Assembly (NCBI GenBank): GCA_963835575.1 | Contig: CAWIGG010000002.1 | Coordinates: 1,280,001 to 1,344,000, forward strand | Origin: an uncultured Spirochaetota bacterium | GTDB taxonomy: Bacteria > Spirochaetota > Brevinematia > Brevinematales > JAOACQ01 | Direction: 5' to 3' | Length of the DNA stretch: 64,000 nucleotides | Shown here: positions 58,867 through 64,000 of the stretch, one piece after another | Position numbering within the stretch: position 1 is the stretch's first letter | Layout of the letters: every line of letters starts with the position of its first letter | Position numbers and translations under genes: made by a program | Notes under the pieces: model-generated | What the model was told of the DNA's origin: nothing | The model's input: the letters and a program-made list of their open reading frames with translations, nothing else | Databases searched by the model: none

Positions 58867-60386
58867 GTAACTATCCAGCCACTAAAAAATAGTCACATGA
58901 AATATTTGCATTGAGCATGAAACCATGCTATTCTATAGCATGAATGAAGATAGAAGAGAAAAAGACTGTGCGGCCTGCTTAAAACGATTTGAAGGCATCA
59001 TTGCTGATTTACAAAACCAGATAAAGGAGCAGGGTTTAATCATTCAAAGACAAGCGGAAAAGATTAAGAAATTGGAAGAACAGCTTAATAAGGACAGCCA
59101 TAACAGCAATAAACCGCCGTCTTCCGATAATCCATTCCAAAATACAGTAAAGAATTTACGGAAAAAGAGCGGTAAAAAACAAGGCGGCCAGTTTGGACAT
59201 AAGGGAAATACTCTGAAGAAAGTAGAAAGCCCTGATAAGATCATAGAACATCAGGTTGAAAAATGTTCCTGTTGTGGAATTGATTTAAGTTCCGAATCAG
59301 TTAAGCGGACGGAAAGAAGGCAGGTGTTCGATATACCTCCGATAAAAGTGGAAGTTACCGAACATCGCTCGGAAGTAAAAGATTGTCCGCATTGCGGTGC
59401 GAGAGTAACGGCGGAGTTTCCGGAAGGCATAACCAATAAGGCACAGTATGGAAAAAACATTAAAGCGCATCTGGTCTATATGAAAACATATGGGTTGATA
59501 CCCTATGAAAGGCTTTCGGAATACGCCGAATGTTTATTGGGAGTGCCGCTCAGCAAGGCAACGATTGAAGGATTTATCCGGGAGACCTACAATAAATTAG
59601 AAGAGTATGAACAGAAAGTCATAGAACTGATACTAAAAGAAGTGGTTCTTCACTGTGATGAAACCGGTATTCGGATAAAAGGGTTATTAAAATGGCTCCA
59701 TGTTGCCTCGAATGAACGTTTTACCTATTATTTTTCTCATGACAAACGCGGCACAGAGGCGATGCGTGCGATGGACATTCTCACAAGATTTACCGGTATT
59801 ATTATCCACGATGGATGGAAAAGTTATCTGGAATTCTTATGCCGTCATGGATTGTGTAATGTACACCATTTGAGAGAGCTAATCTGGATACATGAGGAAA
59901 TGGGTCAGGAATGGGCTAAGGAGATGGGTAATCTTCTTATAAGGATTAAGAATGATAAAGAGGCAAGTTTTCCAATACCGGCGGAAAGGATTATAGAATA
60001 TGATACGGAATATGACCGGATCATCGCGAAAGGATTTGCTGTAAATCCAACGCCTGAAAAGCCGGAAGGACTTGTTAAACGCGGCAGAAAAAAGCGGGGC
60101 AAGGTTTTATGCCTATTAGACCGATTAAGAAAATATAAAGAATCTGTCCTTTTATTTATGCGGGAAAAAGATGTTCCATTCAGCAACAATTTGGCGGAAC
60201 GGGATATCAGAATGATAAAAGTCCAGCAGAAAATATCAGGTACATTCAGAAGCTGGAATGGAGCGGCTGCCTTTTGCAGAATCAGGGGTTATATATCTAC
60301 AGTAAAAAAGATGGGCGTCAGTGTTTATCAAGCCCTTATTGACGCGTTGAACGGCTCCGCTATTAAATATGCGGCTGGATAGTTAC
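58867..60386 (+). mobile_element. IS66-family insertion sequence (single-ORF type), apparently intact
   Basis: IRs GTAACTATCCAGCC / GGCTGGATAGTTAC; 8-bp target duplication AAAATTTT at 58859-58866 and 60387-60394. Confidence 0.95.
58925..60382 (+). CDS. IS66-family transposase (start may be 58940)
   Basis: DSHNSNKPPSSD, GGQFGHKG, CSCCG/CPHCG, LHCDETG, IHDGW, CNVHHLREL, SNNLAERDIR. Confidence 0.95.
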   Translation: MLFYSMNEDRREKDCAACLKRFEGIIADLQNQIKEQGLIIQRQAEKIKKLEEQLNKDSHNSNKPPSSDNPFQNTVKNLRKKSGKKQGGQFGHKGNTLKKVESPDKIIEHQVEKCSCCGIDLSSESVKRTERRQVFDIPPIKVEVTEHRSEVKDCPHCGARVTAEFPEGITNKAQYGKNIKAHLVYMKTYGLIPYERLSEYAECLLGVPLSKATIEGFIRETYNKLEEYEQKVIELILKEVVLHCDETGIRIKGLLKWLHVASNERFTYYFSHDKRGTEAMRAMDILTRFTGIIIHDGWKSYLEFLCRHGLCNVHHLRELIWIHEEMGQEWAKEMGNLLIRIKNDKEASFPIPAERIIEYDTEYDRIIAKGFAVNPTPEKPEGLVKRGRKKRGKVLCLLDRLRKYKESVLLFMREKDVPFSNNLAERDIRMIKVQQKISGTFRSWNGAAAFCRIRGYISTVKKMGVSVYQALIDALNGSAIKYAAG

Positions 60387-60645
60387 AAAATTTTGTATTG
60401 TTGAAAGTTCTCCTGTTTTAAAGAATAACATTTTGTTTTAACGGTAATTGGACGCAGAAAGTCGAGCCTTCCCCTTCTTTACTGAAAGCTTTTATAATGC
60501 CGTTATGCTGTTCTGCGATCTTTTTACATATTGCCAGCCATATGCCGGTACCTTCATATTCAATGCGCCCCTGGAGCCGTTGAAACAATCCGAATATTTG
60601 CTCCGAATATTTATTATCAAATCCAATCCCATTATCCGATATATT
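60384..60645 (-). pseudogene. HATPase C-terminal fragment of a histidine kinase
   Basis: Manual translation ISDNGIGFDNKYSEQIFGLFQRLQGRIEYEGTGIWLAICKKIAEQHNGIIKAFSKEGEGSTFCVQLP, out of frame with the upstream ORF. Confidence 0.8.
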
Positions 60646-60649
60646 AATT

Positions 60650-61520
60650 TCGCGGTTGTATTCTGAATTTGCTCGATCATCTGCCGAAGATTTGCCGTCG
60701 TATCAACAAATTGCTGCCCCAGGATAATTAATGAGGTATTCTGATCGTCGGATTGCGTTTCATCTCCCAGTTCCAGACGGGAATCCAGATTGCCTTTCTC
60801 TACTTCAATCATATAGTCAACATATTTCTTGACCGTTTCCTGCAAATACCGGCCGCGCTGTTCCAGTCTTCCTATTACTTCCCGCAGCTGCCCAGTCATA
60901 CTATTAAAAGCCTTCGCAAGCCTTGAGATTTCAAGCGGGCCGCCTGGTTCCGCATTTAATTCCATTTCACCTCCGGCAATCCGGGTGGCCGTTTCCATTA
61001 AGCTGACTATGGGCACGGACAACCGCCGCGCCACGCTAATACCAATCCAGCCTGCCAGCGCCGCCATAAGAATAGTAAATATTGCCGAGAAAAATATGGT
61101 CTTATTGAGCGCATCATAAGCTTCTGCCACAGGCAGTTCAATCATTACGGCCCAATCAGGGACTCCAAGAGAAACATAGGTGCCGAGGACCATCTTTCCA
61201 TTAATTCCTTTGAATACTTCCGACCTGGTTTCCTCAGCAGATACAGGATTGCCGATAAATTCATGAACAACCATTAAATTACCGGTATTTTCGCCCCGTA
61301 AAACGCGGGAGATATCATTAAACGCGATCAACTTTCCCTGCCTGTCTACCACATAGGCTAAGCCGGTTTTTTCAATCTTCATGCTTCCTACCAGGTCCCA
61401 CATAAATTTCAGGTTTACTTCTACTATCAATACGCCCTGGAAATCCCTAAAAACGTCTATTACAGGGACTGCCATAATGATCATCGGTTCACTGGTCAGG
61501 GTATCAACATATACAGGTAG
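60650..61520 (-). pseudogene. dCache-TM-HAMP receptor fragment
   Basis: PVYVD..MAVPV..GVL, AYVVDRQGKLIA, WAVMIELP, TM, PIVSL..EISRLAKAFNSM; no N-terminus and no output domain in frame. Confidence 0.75.
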
Positions 61521-61965
61521 CGGACTCCGGTGATATTCCCGCCCGGATGGCGCACGCTCTCTACTGGAATATTCCCTTCTACGCCGCACATATCAAAAAC
61601 CACAGGTATCCCTGTTCCCGTGGTTAAATTATAAACCGTAACACTTGCCCCTGTTGGAAAGGTGAAAATCAAATCAACCTTATCTTCCACAAATTTCTTG
61701 ACAGCTCGCTTTTCCCCTTCAGGATCATCGTCCTTTATTTGCGTACATAAATAATATTTTTGCCTTCTATATATCCCAGCCCTTTCATTCCGGACTTGAA
61801 GCTATCCGCTATACTGATCATAGGAGTAAAGCTGGTTAGAATACCCACATGGTAAACCTTTGGCTTTAAGCTGCACCGGCTCAAAAGCAGACCGAGAAAA
61901 AATACTCCCAGGAGCATAATAAATCCCCCGGAAATTTTGCCGGTTAATCCGCGTTTCACTTGCAA
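61520..61965 (-). pseudogene. ABC-type substrate-binding lipoprotein fragment (frameshift near 61735, truncated)
   Basis: LLLSRC..KVYHVGIL..FKSGMKGLGYIEGKNI / FVEDKVDLIF..IPVVF..VESVRHPGGNITGV. Confidence 0.75.
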
Positions 61966-62022
61966 AATCTCTGCCTCCTCTAATCATTAAATACAGGTCC
62001 TTATAGTTAATTTCGCTGAATA

Positions 62023-63807
62023 TCACAGGCCTTCATTGAGCTTCTTTATCAGTTCTGCGCCTATGCCATCTCCATTTGCCTCTTTTTTTAATATCTCTTC
62101 TATATTTTCCTTCGGCAAGGGCTTGCTTAAAATATAGCCCTGAATATTATCGCAGCTGCAGCGCTTTAAAATCTCAAATTGCTCCGCTGTCTCAACCCCC
62201 TCCGCAATGACTTCCATATTCAATCCATGGCCCATGGTTATGATGGAATTAACAATAATTGTGTCGGTATTGTTTTCTTGAATATTATCGATAAAGAATT
62301 TATCGATTTTTAATATATTACAGGGGATTTCTTTCAACCGGTTCAGGGAAGAAAAACCGGTCCCGAAATCATCGATGGATATCTGGAAGCCCATCGATAG
62401 CAATTCATTTAATTTCTGGTTCGTCGCTTTCATATCGTCCATAAATATGGATTCAGTCACTTCCAATTCTAATAATTTTGAGGGAATATGGTAAGATTCA
62501 ATAATTTTTGCAAAGTATTGTACAAAATCCGGTCTTTTGAATTGATTAATAGGCAGATTGATGGAAACGGGAAGGGGCACCAATTTTGCTTTCTCCCATT
62601 GACAAAACTGTCTGCACACATCATGGATCACCCAATCTGTAATAAAAGACATTAAGTGATGCTCCTCTGCGAAAGGAATAAAATCTATGGGAGGAATCAT
62701 ACGTTTTCCGCCTTGATTCCATCGTATGAGTGCCTCGAATCCGATTATTTTTCCCGATTTCAGGTTCATTTTAGGCTGATAGTTCAGCAGGAATTCATTC
62801 TTGTCTATGGCTTTCCTGATATTATTGCCCATATTAATTATTTCCAGCACATTTCTATTCATGGACTTCTGGTAGTATTGAAAGTTATTTTTACCCTGCT
62901 TTTTTGCGTAGTACATGGCATTATCCGCATATTTTAAAAGGGTATCGGCATCACTGGAATCTGCCGGACATAGAGAAATCCCAATACTTACACCGGAAAA
63001 AATCTCAAAATTCTCTATTAAAAAGGGTTCATTGAAAGACTGGATAATTCTATTGGCTACTATGGAGGCATCATCATAACTCTTGATTTCAGAAAGAGAT
63101 ACGGTAAATTCATCTCCTCCCTGCCTTGCGACAGTATCAATCAGTGTTTTTAAATTATTCCTGGCAATGATATCGCCCTTTCTAATGGCCGCATAAACTC
63201 GTTTTGCCACTTCTTTTAGAAACAAATCCCCTATATAATGTCCATGAGAATCATTGATTATCTTAAAATTATCAATATCAAGAAATAGAATTGCCATTAT
63301 CCTATCGTATCGAACCGCATGGGCTAAAGCAAAGTTCAATTGCTCCTTAAAAAATACCCGGTTGGGAAGATCTGTCACCTGATCATAATAAGCAAGGTAT
63401 AAAATCTGGTTTTCTATTTCTTTTTTCTCTATCGCGTACCGGATGGAACGCTCCAGTAGATCCGCTTCTATCTTGCCTTTTATCAAGAAATCGGAGACCC
63501 CTTTTTTCATAGCCATTAAATCTATTTCCCGATTATCCTGACCGGTTAAAATGATAATCGGGATAGCTTTGTTTTTTTCGGTCACCTCATTAATTAAATC
63601 AATGCCTGTTTTAGCTCCCAGATTATAATCAATCAGAAATAAATCATAGCCATCTTTTTGCATTTCGATTAAAGCACTTTCATAAGTTGAAACCCAATCA
63701 ATTGAATACTGCTGGTTTTTGATGTCCGACAGGATATTTTTAGTGATGATATAATCCTCTTCATCATCATCTACTAAAAGTAACTTGATTTTACTGTCTT
63801 TAATCAT
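62023..63807 (-). CDS. REC-GGDEF-EAL c-di-GMP signalling response regulator (frame stays open upstream to the window edge)
   Basis: LLVDDD, AYYDQVTDLPNR, FLDIDNFK, RQGGDEF, YQPK, FEALIRW, ELEVTES, IDDFGTGFSSL, AEGVET, QGY. Confidence 0.93.
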   Translation of the reverse strand: MIKDSKIKLLLVDDDEEDYIITKNILSDIKNQQYSIDWVSTYESALIEMQKDGYDLFLIDYNLGAKTGIDLINEVTEKNKAIPIIILTGQDNREIDLMAMKKGVSDFLIKGKIEADLLERSIRYAIEKKEIENQILYLAYYDQVTDLPNRVFFKEQLNFALAHAVRYDRIMAILFLDIDNFKIINDSHGHYIGDLFLKEVAKRVYAAIRKGDIIARNNLKTLIDTVARQGGDEFTVSLSEIKSYDDASIVANRIIQSFNEPFLIENFEIFSGVSIGISLCPADSSDADTLLKYADNAMYYAKKQGKNNFQYYQKSMNRNVLEIINMGNNIRKAIDKNEFLLNYQPKMNLKSGKIIGFEALIRWNQGGKRMIPPIDFIPFAEEHHLMSFITDWVIHDVCRQFCQWEKAKLVPLPVSINLPINQFKRPDFVQYFAKIIESYHIPSKLLELEVTESIFMDDMKATNQKLNELLSMGFQISIDDFGTGFSSLNRLKEIPCNILKIDKFFIDNIQENNTDTIIVNSIITMGHGLNMEVIAEGVETAEQFEILKRCSCDNIQGYILSKPLPKENIEEILKKEANGDGIGAELIKKLNEGL

Positions 63808-63999
63808 ATAATATCCTTTATAAATTTTTTTTATTGGTTTCCGGATCTTGCTTTCCCCGATCTGATCAATACCTGCGCGGATGGCTTTCCTGATGGCGTC
63901 CGCAGGCGTAGTCACGGTCACACCGATAAAGGTGGGTGGATAACCGATCCCGAGCCCGCTCTTTTTCTCTGCTATTATTTTCCGGGCCCTTTCAATTTT
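63808..63999 (-). pseudogene. YggS/PLP-homeostasis-protein-like N-terminal fragment in frame with the REC-GGDEF-EAL gene
   Basis: KIERARKIIAEKKSGLGIGYPPTFIGVTVTTPADAIRKAIRAGIDQIGESKIRK resembles YggS LVAVSKTxP..I..A..AG..FGENxVQE. Confidence 0.5.
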
Positions 64000-64000
64000 T

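Noticed and set aside
60492..61589. 365-aa ORF as a real intact gene
   Set aside because: Its N- and C-terminal parts are out-of-frame read-through of neighbouring gene fragments; only the dCache-HAMP middle is genuine.
1..64000. CRISPR array, rRNA, reverse transcriptase/DGR, integron or prophage
   Set aside because: No regularly spaced direct repeats with unique spacers, no rRNA-like stretch, and no RT, integrase or phage structural ORFs; the periodic repeats are short inverted arms.

Overview
Bacterial chromosomal window, most likely from a spirochaete (inferred from a P83/100-family protein and a long spirochaete-type FliD). 1-12 kb: a minus-strand housekeeping run (MBL hydrolase, rarA, carA, NUDIX, purF, GGDEF, metH, alpha/beta hydrolase, TPR, ribD). 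It diverges from dnaA-comM, a candidate oriC region with no dnaN, which is followed by an intact IS256 and a tRNA(CAT). 17-40 kb: metabolic and envelope genes (malQ, pyrF, nifJ, P83/100, fliD, divergent glnS/gltX). 40-50 kb: accessory DNA (PIN toxin-antitoxin pair, a ~410-bp foldback, an IS1380 remnant, a GH43 lipoprotein, an IS110 remnant) mixed with hisC, a nucleotidyltransferase and pcm. 50-64 kb: a decaying two-component/c-di-GMP signalling cluster with an intact IS66. The most striking unexplained signals are: (i) many intergenic spaces hold palindromic repeat elements of several families, two of which still enclose decayed small nuclease genes (GxxExxY, DUF559), and a 22-33 bp CTTCG..CTCA micro-element is repeatedly inserted into other hairpins; (ii) FliD appears to carry a Sec signal peptide; (iii) DnaA has an altered DNA-recognition helix next to variant DnaA boxes; (iv) a YggS-like remnant is in frame with a REC-GGDEF-EAL gene. 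No CRISPR array or rRNA was seen. All calls were made by eye, without database searches.
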